A stretch of 61,336 bases of DNA, counting the filler, from Anaerolineae bacterium (GTDB lineage Bacteria > Chloroflexota > Anaerolineae > Epilineales > Epilineaceae): the NCBI GenBank assembly GCA_029262755.1. It is 5 parts of 5 records of this genome, joined end to end, with 100 filler letters (N's around TTAATTAATTAA, not from the genome) between each part and the next. Parts side by side here need not be neighbours in the genome. Positions count along the whole stretch, not along the records: positions 8,256 to 38,634 come from JAJCYU010000236.1; 4 more parts are not named here. The stretch is one strand, 5' to 3'. The notes under the pieces are model-generated. The model made no database searches. It was not told the origin of the DNA and saw only the letters and a program-made list of their open reading frames with translations. Shown here piece after piece: positions 18,134 through 27,903 of this stretch (position 1 is the stretch's first letter; every line of letters starts with the position of its first letter). Position numbers and translations under genes: made by a program.

Positions 18134-20248
18134 ATGAAGAGGATACGAAGATGTCGAGGCGGGCTGGGCGCGGTAGAGCCGGCCCCCCGCGTGGCGACGC
18201 GAGGGGCGCAGATCGGTCGCTGTGTGATGCTGGCCGCAGGCCTGTTTTTGCTGGGAGGGGCTCACGATGCGCGTGGAGCCGGGCTGAGTCAGGCCGGGGG
18301 ACTGCGGGTCTTGGCCCAAGAGGGGGGAGCCGTACGCGACGTGGCCTCGGATGGGCGCTACGTGTACGCAGGGGTGGGACCACGGCTTGTCGTGTTGCAG
18401 GCGGACGAGAGAGCGTTGGCGGTTGTCGGGCGCACGGAACCGTTGCCTGGGGTGGTCGAGAAGCTGGTGCTGGGGCAGGGCTGGGCGGTGGTGGGGCTCA
18501 GCGATGGCGCGTTGCATGTGGTGGATCTGGAGGAGCCGGAGCGGCCACGCGAGGCTGCGGTGTTGCCTAAGGATCTCGGTTGGCTGGCCCCGCGACTGAC
18601 CCGTGGGGGCGGTTCGCTGAGGCTCGCGGTGGTGGCGCGTGGCCAGGCGCTGGTGGTGGCGGGCGAGCATCGACTGCGGATCTTCGACCTCCGCGCGCCC
18701 GAACGGCCGGTGGAAGGCGCCCCGGTAGACCTGGGGCCCGACCGGGAGGTGCAGGGGCTGGCAGTGGAGGGCGACCACCTCTACGTCGGGCGCTACGGGA
18801 TGGGCTACCGGGTGTCGCCCTTCGTGATCGACCGCTTCGATGCGTCGCGTGTCGGTTCGTTGGGAGCCGGGGAACAGGTTGGGGGTAGCGCAGAGAACGC
18901 GGCCCTGTTGGCCGCCCATTCCGACCGGTTCGTCCTATGCGCGTCCGGCCGGATACTGCTAAAGGATGGGGAGAAAGAGGAGACGGTCGGGGAGCCGGTG
19001 GTGGGTTGCGCCTCCGCGAGTCGGAACGTTGTGGCGGTGGGAAGCACGGTGCTTGGGTTCCACGGGCGGCTCTGGCGCCATGCCTGGGATGGCTCTGCGC
19101 CCCGCTTCCTTGAGGGCGCCGACGGGATGGTCGTGCTGGCCGCCGTGCAGCATGGCGACCAGCTGGTGGTGGCGGAGGCCGGCCGGCGAATTGGTCGCGG
19201 GCGCATCCTGGAGGGTGCGTGGCGGACGCAGCCCGGCTACGAGCCCCTCGTAGGCGACGTGGTCGACGTACATGTAGAGGGCTCGTGTCTGGTGTTAGCG
19301 GATGAGGCAGGAATACGGACGCTGAACGTCGCGTCGCCGGAAGCGCCACGGGTTGTGGGCATATTGCCGATGGGTGCGCCGCCCTTTGAGATGGCGTTGG
19401 AGCAGGGGAAGGGCTTGATCGGGCAGCGGAACGGCGAGGTGCGGCCAGTGGCGGCGGATTGCACGGGCGCGCCGCGCATCTTGGGCGACAAGTCGCCATC
19501 GGACCGGGATGCGGTGGGAGTGGCGGTCGACGGGGGCCGCACGTTTGCACTGGAGATGTGGACGACGCACACCATCGGCGCTGGGCGCTTGACTGCCTTG
19601 GACTTCAGCGACCTCGCTGCGCCCCGGTTGACGGAGATCTATAGCTATGCCGCGGCGCACGGGCAGCAGCCGATCGTGCTGGACGTCGCGGCGCGGGACG
19701 ATCATGTGGCGGTCGTGATCAACGACTTTGTCGGCAGGGCACTGCGGCTCTCCATCGTGGAGCCCGGTGCCATCGAACGTCATCGGCAGTCCGGTCGGCT
19801 CGAACTGCCCATGAGCGGCGTGGCCGCCGTAGTGATGGACGGGCCGTGGGTCTATGTCGCGGCGGACGAAGTACTGTACGTCGTGCGTGTATCCGAGGCC
19901 GGCGTTCCGAGCGAGGCGGCGCGTCTGCCTATGAGACGCTCCGCGCCGTTCCCCGGCGGCCTTCCACTCTATCCGGAGCGATCGGGCGGACATGTGGGGA
20001 TGGCGATGGACCGCGGGATATTGTGGCACGCGCGGGGTCAAGGGGGTGTGGAGCTGATCGACGTGCGTTCGCCGGCGTTGCCGATGTCGGTCGGCGCGAT
20101 CGAGACGTCCGGGAGCGCTCGGCGCGTTTCGGCCGAGGGTGGAGTCGCCTACGTTGCCGACCGAGAGGCCGGGCTGCTGGTGCTCCGTCACGTGCCGCCG
20201 CGGCCGAGGGTACGGATCGCTCTCCCGTGGGCGGGCGCGGGCAGGTAG
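18134..20248 (+). CDS. Secreted LVIVD-repeat beta-propeller protein
   Basis: Signal-like N-terminus; repeated LxxxDxxxPxxP units; AYVADREAGLLVL; C-terminal RIALPWA. Confidence 0.8.
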   Translation: MKRIRRCRGGLGAVEPAPRVATRGAQIGRCVMLAAGLFLLGGAHDARGAGLSQAGGLRVLAQEGGAVRDVASDGRYVYAGVGPRLVVLQADERALAVVGRTEPLPGVVEKLVLGQGWAVVGLSDGALHVVDLEEPERPREAAVLPKDLGWLAPRLTRGGGSLRLAVVARGQALVVAGEHRLRIFDLRAPERPVEGAPVDLGPDREVQGLAVEGDHLYVGRYGMGYRVSPFVIDRFDASRVGSLGAGEQVGGSAENAALLAAHSDRFVLCASGRILLKDGEKEETVGEPVVGCASASRNVVAVGSTVLGFHGRLWRHAWDGSAPRFLEGADGMVVLAAVQHGDQLVVAEAGRRIGRGRILEGAWRTQPGYEPLVGDVVDVHVEGSCLVLADEAGIRTLNVASPEAPRVVGILPMGAPPFEMALEQGKGLIGQRNGEVRPVAADCTGAPRILGDKSPSDRDAVGVAVDGGRTFALEMWTTHTIGAGRLTALDFSDLAAPRLTEIYSYAAAHGQQPIVLDVAARDDHVAVVINDFVGRALRLSIVEPGAIERHRQSGRLELPMSGVAAVVMDGPWVYVAADEVLYVVRVSEAGVPSEAARLPMRRSAPFPGGLPLYPERSGGHVGMAMDRGILWHARGQGGVELIDVRSPALPMSVGAIETSGSARRVSAEGGVAYVADREAGLLVLRHVPPRPRVRIALPWAGAGR

Positions 20249-20330
20249 AGCGTCCCGGACCGATTGTCACCGTTTCCGCGGAGCGTGTCCTGAGCCACGG
20301 GCGCGCTAGGTGTCGTCCACAGGGTGCGGG

Positions 20331-21269
20331 CTACGCCGTACCCAATCGTCCGTGTGCCTGGAGGGCGGTCAGGGACTTCACCGTGAGAATACCCTGCCAT
20401 TCCCGCTTCGCCGTGGCCCATGCCTCTGCGTCGACGAAGGACCAGTCCCAGGCGGGGGACCAGGCGCCGTCTTCGCCCTGTGTGTCGAGGAGCCAGTCGA
20501 GGTTGGCGGCGAGGGGCGCGGCGAGGTCGTCGGCGAAAGGGGCGGTCGGGGTCGCTGCGATCCAGAGCGGTTGGAGGCCGTAGTTGGACCAGGCCTCGCC
20601 GTCATGGCCGACGAGGCGGGCCACGACCGGGCGAAGGACGGATTCCAAGCGGCTGCGGTCGGCGGCGGCGAGCGGTGCGCGTAGCAGGCGCAGGGCGCAG
20701 AGGAGCTCGTGTTGCTCGAGCCCGTCCGCGCGCTTGGCAAGGTCCGGAAGAATGTCGCCGAGCAGGGCAAGAACCACGTCCTTCGCGATAAAGCCAGGGT
20801 AGTGGAGGCCGTAGGCCACGATCTCCGCACGCGGGTTGACGAGGCGATCCGCGGGGTCGTCATCGAGGGACCACCACGGCGCATGCGGCGCGGTATCGAG
20901 CTCCGCCGGGGCCATCGGCCACGTCCGAGCATCGGCGTCGTAGGTGTCGGCCAGGTAGCGCATCGCGCCGGCGACGAGCGGATCGTCGCCCGGCGTGTCG
21001 AGCGCGAGGAGCGTCTGCAGCGCGACGGTCGTGGCGTAGGGCGAGGCGTGGGGAGCGCGGATGTCGGGCTCGAGCGGGTGGCGAAATCCGCCGGAGGGGG
21101 CTTGGAACGAGGCCAACGCGTCGCGGACCGCCTGAGCGGAGGTCCGGCCCGCGGCGTGTTCCCATAAGACGTGCTCAAGGGGGCGGCTGCCGGCGAGGAA
21201 GGCCTCCGCGCGGGCTAGACCCGCAGCGTCGAGGCATCGGGCGGATGAAGGGTCCGGGGACGAAGACAT
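20331..21269 (-). CDS. Hypothetical alpha/alpha-toroid (prenyltransferase-like) protein
   Basis: RPLE, FQAPSGGF..LEPDIR, APHAPWW and QGEDGAW motifs. Start re-called at MSSSPD. Confidence 0.7.
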   Translation of the reverse strand: MSSSPDPSSARCLDAAGLARAEAFLAGSRPLEHVLWEHAAGRTSAQAVRDALASFQAPSGGFRHPLEPDIRAPHASPYATTVALQTLLALDTPGDDPLVAGAMRYLADTYDADARTWPMAPAELDTAPHAPWWSLDDDPADRLVNPRAEIVAYGLHYPGFIAKDVVLALLGDILPDLAKRADGLEQHELLCALRLLRAPLAAADRSRLESVLRPVVARLVGHDGEAWSNYGLQPLWIAATPTAPFADDLAAPLAANLDWLLDTQGEDGAWSPAWDWSFVDAEAWATAKREWQGILTVKSLTALQAHGRLGTA

Positions 21270-21462
21270 CGAGAAAACTCCTAGTGGGCGGGCAGGCGTA
21301 CGTGGTGAGCTTAGCACATTTGTTCGCCTTCGCCGGCGCCCCTTCTGGTGGAGTGTTAACGTCCAGACGGCCGCCGATTCAGGATCGATTAATGGAGGGT
21401 TGCCACCTTGTCGCCTCGATGCGCTTGGTTCGAGACCTGCACGCATGGAAGGAGGCATGGAC

Positions 21463-21936
21463 ATGTCGTCCGCGGAGCTACGAGTAACCGATCGTGAACG
21501 CAGCACGGGCAGGAGCCGGCGGGAGCGCAGTGCGATGGTGGCGGCCATGCGCAGACTCGAGGACATGCTTGGCCGTGCCGCCCCTGCTCGGAGCGATGCC
21601 TGGACGTCGGATGTGGCGGATGCCCTAGACGCGTTGCGGGCCGGCATGCGGGAGCATGTCTTGGTTGCGCAAGACCAGGATGGCCTATTGGCGGAGATTC
21701 TGGAACAGGAACCGCGTCTCGTCCCGCGCGTGGAGCAGCTCAGGCAAGAATACGTGGAACTCGAACGCATCGCTTCGATGATGCGCGACGACCTGCGGCG
21801 GGACGGCGTAGCTCAGGACGTCGCGACGACGCGCCTCCAACTCCGTCAACTCCTGGGCGAGCTTCGCGCACATCAAAGCGCCGAGAGCGATCTGATCTGG
21901 GAGGCGTTCGCGGTGGATATCGGCGTGGGTGACTAA
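21463..21936 (+). CDS. Hemerythrin-like helical protein
   Basis: GGAGG RBS; EH....GLLAEI...PRL...HQSAESDLIWEAF.VDIG pattern. Confidence 0.6.
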   Translation: MSSAELRVTDRERSTGRSRRERSAMVAAMRRLEDMLGRAAPARSDAWTSDVADALDALRAGMREHVLVAQDQDGLLAEILEQEPRLVPRVEQLRQEYVELERIASMMRDDLRRDGVAQDVATTRLQLRQLLGELRAHQSAESDLIWEAFAVDIGVGD

Positions 21937-22040
21937 ACCTGGGTCAAGATTGCAGATGCGGGCTTGACCCAGTGTTTAGGGTTGGGCGCAGCAGATGTTC
22001 GTCGTGGAATGCGTCACTGGGTGGGAAGTCGTATCTCCCG

Positions 22041-23228
22041 TCAGCGACCGAGCCCGCGCTCTTGCGCCGGCTTACGCCACGTTGCCTCCCACGGCGGGGG
22101 CGCGAGCGGGACGCGGACCTCGGCGCCCGGCTCCGCGGCCTCGTAGACGGCGATCGCGCGGTTCGTCGCGCTCGTCGGGTAGCTGGGGTGCCGGAAGTCG
22201 GCCGCGATGGCGTAGAGGGCGAGCGCGGCTGGGATCGCGGCGGCGCGGCGCGTACGAGGATCGCGCAGCAGGGCGAGCAGCGTGAGGTGGATCGTGAGGA
22301 TCGGGAGCAGCCAGTAGCGGCCGCCGGCGGGTGGTGTGCCCAACTCGACCAGGCGGCGGGCAGGGTCGTCCGCGGTGCCGCCGACCAAAGCGGCGACCAG
22401 CACGAGGAGGGCGAGCGTCGCCAAGGGGCGCAGGCCGGGCGTACGGCTTCGAGCAACAGCGATAGCCAGCACGAATAGGAAGCCCAGCGCAATGGTCCAC
22501 GCGGTGGTGGCCCATGGGCGGGCATCCACGTAGGCCACGGCGTGCGTGCCGAAGAGGGCGCCGATGCCGATCTGGCCGCCGAGGATACGAAGCAGCGAGC
22601 GGCCGATGTCCGGGATGGCTCCGGCGCGATCCTGAGACTGGACGAGCAGGGTGGCCTGGAGCAATGCGCCCACCGCGGAAGCGCCGAGGAGGGCCGACTT
22701 CCAGCGGCTTCGGCGCGCGAGCAGCGCGTGCACAGGAAGGGCGAGCAGCGCCAGCGGGCCGCTGAAAGCGGAGAGCGTGACGATCGTGAGATCGAGGCCG
22801 CGGGCAGCCGCGCGCTGCGACGGCGGCAGCACGAAGATCAGCAGGGCGGCCAACCCAAGCCGCCAAGGCGTGTTGGTCAGGTTGGCGAAGGTCTCCGCGC
22901 TAAAGGGCAGCAAGAGGATGGCGAGCGCGATCGCAGCGCGGGTGGGTGCGTTCCACGTGTCGCGTGCGCGCTCGGACGTGAGCAGCACAACGGGCACGAG
23001 CAGGACGGCGACGGCCGTCCATGCGAAGATCCACGGCGCGAAGCGCAATGGGACGTGCGTCGCAACCAGGGCGACCGCGCGCGGGAGCACGTGGAGGTAG
23101 CCGGCGTAGGGCGCGGCGAGCGTCGACGCGCTGCCGTCGGCGAGGGCGGCGGCCAACCAGACCGTGCCGTCCTCGGCCCACAGAAATGGGCCGAGCACCA
23201 GCTGCGGCTGCCGGGCGACGACGAGCAC
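22041..23228 (-). CDS. Polytopic membrane protein, GT-C-like glycosyltransferase family
   Basis: WAEDG..W, PYAGYLHVLPR and GGRYW motifs; about 10 TM segments. Start uncertain. Confidence 0.7.
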   Translation of the reverse strand: MLVVARQPQLVLGPFLWAEDGTVWLAAALADGSASTLAAPYAGYLHVLPRAVALVATHVPLRFAPWIFAWTAVAVLLVPVVLLTSERARDTWNAPTRAAIALAILLLPFSAETFANLTNTPWRLGLAALLIFVLPPSQRAAARGLDLTIVTLSAFSGPLALLALPVHALLARRSRWKSALLGASAVGALLQATLLVQSQDRAGAIPDIGRSLLRILGGQIGIGALFGTHAVAYVDARPWATTAWTIALGFLFVLAIAVARSRTPGLRPLATLALLVLVAALVGGTADDPARRLVELGTPPAGGRYWLLPILTIHLTLLALLRDPRTRRAAAIPAALALYAIAADFRHPSYPTSATNRAIAVYEAAEPGAEVRVPLAPPPWEATWRKPAQERGLGR

Positions 23229-23259
23229 AAGCGCGAGGCTCAGCCACGCCGAGCGTTCC

Positions 23260-24114
23260 CTACGAGTAGTCGTAGAACCCGCGTCCGCTCTTGCGGCCGT
23301 GCCAGCCCGCGGCGACCATTTGGCGCAGGCGCGGCGGCGCGGCGTAGCGGGTGTCCTTCGACTCCTCGTACATCGCGTCCGCGATGAACAGGACGGTGTC
23401 GAGGCCGACGAAGTCCATCAACGTGAAGGGGCCCATCGGGTGGGCCATCCCGAGCTTCATGGCCGTGTCGAAGTCCTCCATCGTGGCCACGCCCTCTTCC
23501 AAGGCGCGGATCGCGTCCAGGCCGTAGGGGATGAAGAGCCGGTTGACGATGAAGCCCGGCGCGTCCTTGACGCTGACCACGACCTGCTTGTCCAGCACCG
23601 CGCCGAGTCCACGTGCCGCCGCGAAGGTCTCGTCCGATGTTGCGAGGCCGCGTACGAGCTCGATCAGGGGCATGACGGGAACCGGGTTGAAGAAGTGGGT
23701 GCCGATCACGCGTTCGGGGTGCGCCGTGGCGGAGGCGATCTTGGTGATGGAGATCGAGGACGTGTTCGTGCCGAGCACGGCGTGATCGGAGACGATGTCG
23801 TCGAGCTCAGCAAAGATCGATTGCTTGATCGCGAGGTTCTCGACGGCCGCCTCGATAACGAGGTCGCGGTCGCTGAAGTCCGCGAGCTCCGTGGTGCCCC
23901 GAATGCGATCGAGCGCGGACGCATGTTCTTCGGCGCTGAGCTTGCCGCGCTCGAGGCCCTTGTCGAGCGAGCGGCGAACGCGGCCGAGGCCGGCGTGCAG
24001 CGCTTCCTGGTTGATTTCGCGCACCACGACGTCGAGCCCCTTGCGGGCGCAGACCTCCGCGATGCCCGCGCCCATGAGGCCGCAGCCGATGACGCCGACG
24101 GCAGAGATGTCCAT
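23260..24114 (-). CDS. hbd: 3-hydroxybutyryl-CoA dehydrogenase
   Basis: GCGLMGAGIA, EAAVE, TNTSS, HFFNPVP, PGFIVNR and GRKSGRGFYDY motifs. Confidence 0.93.
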   Translation of the reverse strand: MDISAVGVIGCGLMGAGIAEVCARKGLDVVVREINQEALHAGLGRVRRSLDKGLERGKLSAEEHASALDRIRGTTELADFSDRDLVIEAAVENLAIKQSIFAELDDIVSDHAVLGTNTSSISITKIASATAHPERVIGTHFFNPVPVMPLIELVRGLATSDETFAAARGLGAVLDKQVVVSVKDAPGFIVNRLFIPYGLDAIRALEEGVATMEDFDTAMKLGMAHPMGPFTLMDFVGLDTVLFIADAMYEESKDTRYAAPPRLRQMVAAGWHGRKSGRGFYDYS

Positions 24115-24447
24115 GCGGCCGCTCCTGTACGAGTGTGGGAAGAACTGGGGGGTGGGATTCGTTGGAAGGATCGATGGAGGGATTGGATGCAGAGGTGCGA
24201 CGAGACCGAGAGTAGACCGACGCGGGCTTGCCGATACTTCGTATCAGAAGGTGCATTGTGTGCGGCGAGTCGCGCGAGCGTCAAGCGCAGGCAGAGGACA
24301 CGCTGCATGCGACGAGCGCGTCCGGGCGAGATCGGGGTGGGACAGGCCGGAACGGGGTGCGCGATTCGCGGGGCCTCGCGAATCGACGGGGACGGCGCGA
24401 CAGGCTGGGGCCGAGCGAGCCAGGTCGCGCCCCACGATCGCTCCACG

Positions 24448-25596
24448 CTACGCGGTGAGCTCGCGCTCCAGCGGCGTGCGGAAACGTGGGGTGATGGGCA
24501 TGCCGTCGAGCCAGGCCGTGAGCGCGGCGGCCTCCGCAGCGACACGCGCCTCGGCCTGTGCGCCGACGTCTTCGAGAAGGCGGACGGCAACCCCTGCGTC
24601 GGCGCGCACCGCCCAGCCGCCGACGATACGGCCGTCGACCCAGATCGTGGGGCCGATGTTTCCGTTGCGGTCGAACAGCGCTTGCTCGTGCTCTCCCAGG
24701 AACCAATCGCGTTCCTTGTAGCCCATCGGGCTTGGGTCCAAACCGGGCAGGAACGAGACGGTTGGGCGATCAACGGGGAGGGTGTCCAGCGCGAGATCGG
24801 TGTGCGGTGAAACCCAGGCGGGTCCGGTCTCCAGCTCGACGGGCACCGCCTCCGCGTCGGCCAGGGCGGCCTTGGTGCGGGCCACTGTGGAGCCGGTCCA
24901 CCAGCGGACGTCGGTGGTCGTCACCGGGCCGAAGCGTGCTACGTAGCGGGCCGCGAGCCGCGCGCGGCCGAGTGCGGGGTCCATGGGTTTCGTGGGCGTC
25001 GCCGGCGCCCAGCCGTATTGGCTCGAACGCCAGGTGCCGGAGGATCGTGTGCGCACGATCCGCAGTTCCATGGCCAGCACGTAGAGCAGACGGGATCCGA
25101 CCGCCGCCTCTGCGGTCCGCGAGCCGCCGCCGACGACGATCTTGGTTGTAAGCTCCGGAACTTCCACGCTCAGCTCGCGCGTCGTGATGCCCGGGCGCTC
25201 GGCGATCGCGTCGGTTGCGGCGCGCCCCAACGTTGCGAGCCATGCTTCGGCGTCCGGCCGGGTGGCTTCCGTCCAGCCCATGAGGCGTTTGCGCTCTTTG
25301 CGTGCGACGTCGCCGCCGACCGCCGCGTCGAGCATGGGGACGTCCGCGGACGGTGCGATCCAAAGCGTACGGCGCATGGCGTGCAGACGCCACGCGGAGC
25401 GCGTATCGACCAACGCAGTGTCCAGATCCTCGGGTTGGTAGCCGGGCACGCGCGCCCACAACGCGAGGTGCGGGGTGAGCGGATCGCTGGAGTGCAGGAC
25501 GACCAGGTCGCGTATGGCCTCATCGACGGTGGCCGCGCTGCGTCCGAGGTGATGGCGGGCGACGAGCAGGGCCCGTCGCAAAGCGGTGTCGATCAT
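24448..25596 (-). CDS. AlkZ/YcaQ-family (HTH_42) DNA glycosylase-like protein
   Basis: LWAR, MRRTL, FGPVT..D..WWTG, LPGLDP..MGYK and DGRIVGGW motifs. Confidence 0.85.
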   Translation of the reverse strand: MIDTALRRALLVARHHLGRSAATVDEAIRDLVVLHSSDPLTPHLALWARVPGYQPEDLDTALVDTRSAWRLHAMRRTLWIAPSADVPMLDAAVGGDVARKERKRLMGWTEATRPDAEAWLATLGRAATDAIAERPGITTRELSVEVPELTTKIVVGGGSRTAEAAVGSRLLYVLAMELRIVRTRSSGTWRSSQYGWAPATPTKPMDPALGRARLAARYVARFGPVTTTDVRWWTGSTVARTKAALADAEAVPVELETGPAWVSPHTDLALDTLPVDRPTVSFLPGLDPSPMGYKERDWFLGEHEQALFDRNGNIGPTIWVDGRIVGGWAVRADAGVAVRLLEDVGAQAEARVAAEAAALTAWLDGMPITPRFRTPLERELTA

Positions 25597-26030
25597 GCCG
25601 GGATCGTAGCGCTGCGCGCCGTGTCGCTCCAAGGAAAGCTGCCGGTAGTGCTGTGGTGTTGTGCGGTCGTCGACGGACTGCGGGCACACGCCGGTCACGC
25701 GGGGGATATCCCCTTCGGCAGGGTGAAGCCCTCCTCTGGCCAGGCATGGCGGCGCATAGATCCGCCACGTCCGGATGGTATAGTTCGTGCCCTAGTGCCG
25801 CGTCAAACCTGCATTTGCGGGCTCGGCAGCCACTGCACTCGCACCAACGGCCCGCTGTTCCTCGGCAATAGCTCCACGATTCCCTCGTCATTCCCTCGTC
25901 TCATCGAAGCACTGGCGCGGCGCATTGGCTCCCTCAGTACCCGCATCTGCAAGCTCGACGAAGTACATGACGGGGTATGCATGCCGTGACCGAGCGCCCC
26001 GTCCACCACCTGCACCTCCAGGCGGAGCGC

Positions 26031-27890
26031 ATGAAGCGACCGGACTTGAAGCACCTACTCGACACCCTACCCACGCGTCCCGGCGTCTATCAGTACTTCG
26101 ACGACGAGGGCGAGGTGATCTACGTGGGTAAGGCGAAGAGCCTGCGCTCGCGGGTGCGGTCCTATTTTCACGATTCGGCTGCCTACGACCCCAAGACCAC
26201 CAGGCTCGTCGAGAAGATCAAGCATATCGAGTGGATCGTCACCGAGAGCGAGCTCGAAGCGCTGCTGCTTGAGATGAACCTCATCAAGCGGCATCGACCA
26301 CGCTACAACGTGCTGCTCAAGGACGATAAGCGCTACCCCTACCTCAAGGTCACCTGGGCGGACGACTTCCCGAAGCTGACCTCCACCCGCAACGTCAGGC
26401 AAGACGGAGCGCGCTACTACGGGCCCTACACCTCCGCCCTGGCGATGCGCGAGACCGTGCATACGCTACGCAAGATTTTTCCCTATCTCGATTGCGACCG
26501 GGTGATCACGGGCGAAGACGAGCGGGCATGCCTCTATCACGACATGGGCCTTTGTCTCGCCCCGTGTATCGGGGCCGTGGATAACGCGACGTACCGGGCG
26601 ATGATCGAGCAGCTCTGCCGATTTCTCGGGGGCGACACGGCGGCGGTCATCGAGCGGCTCACTTCCGAGATGGAGGCCCACGCCGAGCGGATGGAGTACG
26701 AGCAGGCGGCGCGCGCGCGTGACCGGTTGGAAGCGGTGGAGCGCGTGATCGAGCGGCAACGCATCATCGCGCCCGGCCTGGCCGACCGTGATGTCGTGGC
26801 GTTGGCGCGCGAAGACGGCAGCGCGGTTGCACAGGTGTTCTTCGTGCGCAACGGCAAGCTCGTAGGGCGCGAGTACTTCCAACTGGAGGGCACCGAGGAC
26901 GAGACCAATTCCGAGGTGCTCGCGGAGTTCGTCAAGCAGTTCTACGACGAGACCTCGCAGGTGCCGGGCGAAATCGTGCTGCCCGAACACGTGGCGGAGA
27001 GCGAGATCATCGCGCGGTGGCTGCGCGATAAGCGCGGCACCTCCGTCAAGTTGGCCGTGCCCAAGCGTGGCCAGAAGAAGGCGCTCATGGACGTGGCGGT
27101 CGAGAACGCGAACGAGACGTTGCGCGCGCTGAAAGCCGCCCACGCCGTCGAGAGCAAAGAGGAGCATGCCGAGCGAGCCATGGCGGATCTGCAGGAAGCA
27201 TTGGGCCTTCCGCGCTTGCCGCGACGAATCGAGTGCTACGACATCTCCACCCTGCAAGGCGAGTCCACGGTCGGCGCGATGGTCGTGTTCTCGGACGCCG
27301 CGCCGAATCGGCCGGACTATCGGCACTTTAAGATCAAGACCGTGGCCGGCCAGGACGACTACGCGGCGATGGGCGAGATGCTGTCGCGGCGCTTCACGCG
27401 TCTGGCCGCCCACCGCGCGGCCGGAGGTGGGCCGAGCCTCGACGGACCACCCGGCGCCTTCGAGCGTACGCCGGGACTCGTGCTGGTCGATGGCGGCAAG
27501 GGGCAGTTGGCCGTTGCGCGGCGGGTGCTCGCCGAGCTCGGTCTGGACGATCTGCCGCTCGCTTCGTTGGCCAAGCGTGAGGAGCTGCTCTTTCAACCGG
27601 GCGAGCCCGTACCCGTGCGGTTGCCGCGCGACAGCCAGGCCTTGTTTCTGGTGCAGCGGGCGCGGGACGAGGCACACCGCTTCGCGATCACCTACAACCG
27701 GAAGCTCCGCCGACAGAAGGGGCTACGCTCCAGCCTGGAAGAGGTGCCCGGCGTGGGGCCCAAGCGGCGCAAAGCGTTGCTGCTGCACTTCGGATCCGTC
27801 GCGCGCATCCGCGCCGCGAGCCTCGACGACATCGCGGCTGCGCCTGGGATGACACGCAGGGTGGCCGAGCAGATCAAGGCCTACCTGTGA
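26031..27890 (+). CDS. uvrC: Excinuclease ABC subunit C
   Basis: GIY-YIG (PGVY...IYVGKAKSLR), UVR domain, RIECYDIS, DGGKGQ, RDEAHRFA and HhH. Start could be 25977 or 25986. Confidence 0.97.
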   Translation: MKRPDLKHLLDTLPTRPGVYQYFDDEGEVIYVGKAKSLRSRVRSYFHDSAAYDPKTTRLVEKIKHIEWIVTESELEALLLEMNLIKRHRPRYNVLLKDDKRYPYLKVTWADDFPKLTSTRNVRQDGARYYGPYTSALAMRETVHTLRKIFPYLDCDRVITGEDERACLYHDMGLCLAPCIGAVDNATYRAMIEQLCRFLGGDTAAVIERLTSEMEAHAERMEYEQAARARDRLEAVERVIERQRIIAPGLADRDVVALAREDGSAVAQVFFVRNGKLVGREYFQLEGTEDETNSEVLAEFVKQFYDETSQVPGEIVLPEHVAESEIIARWLRDKRGTSVKLAVPKRGQKKALMDVAVENANETLRALKAAHAVESKEEHAERAMADLQEALGLPRLPRRIECYDISTLQGESTVGAMVVFSDAAPNRPDYRHFKIKTVAGQDDYAAMGEMLSRRFTRLAAHRAAGGGPSLDGPPGAFERTPGLVLVDGGKGQLAVARRVLAELGLDDLPLASLAKREELLFQPGEPVPVRLPRDSQALFLVQRARDEAHRFAITYNRKLRRQKGLRSSLEEVPGVGPKRRKALLLHFGSVARIRAASLDDIAAAPGMTRRVAEQIKAYL

Positions 27891-27903
27891 TCGGCGGCCG
27901 CTC

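Noticed and set aside
21311..21359. TTAGCACA...GAGTGTTAA resembling a CIRCE (HrcA) operator
   Set aside because: Half-sites are about 31 nt apart rather than 9, and both are imperfect.
25700..25745. cttcggcagggtgaagccc resembling the start of an FMN riboswitch
   Set aside because: The remaining conserved FMN elements are absent and there is no riboflavin gene downstream.
25796..25989. Small Cys-containing ORF upstream of uvrC
   Set aside because: No RBS, atypical codon usage and no recognisable family.
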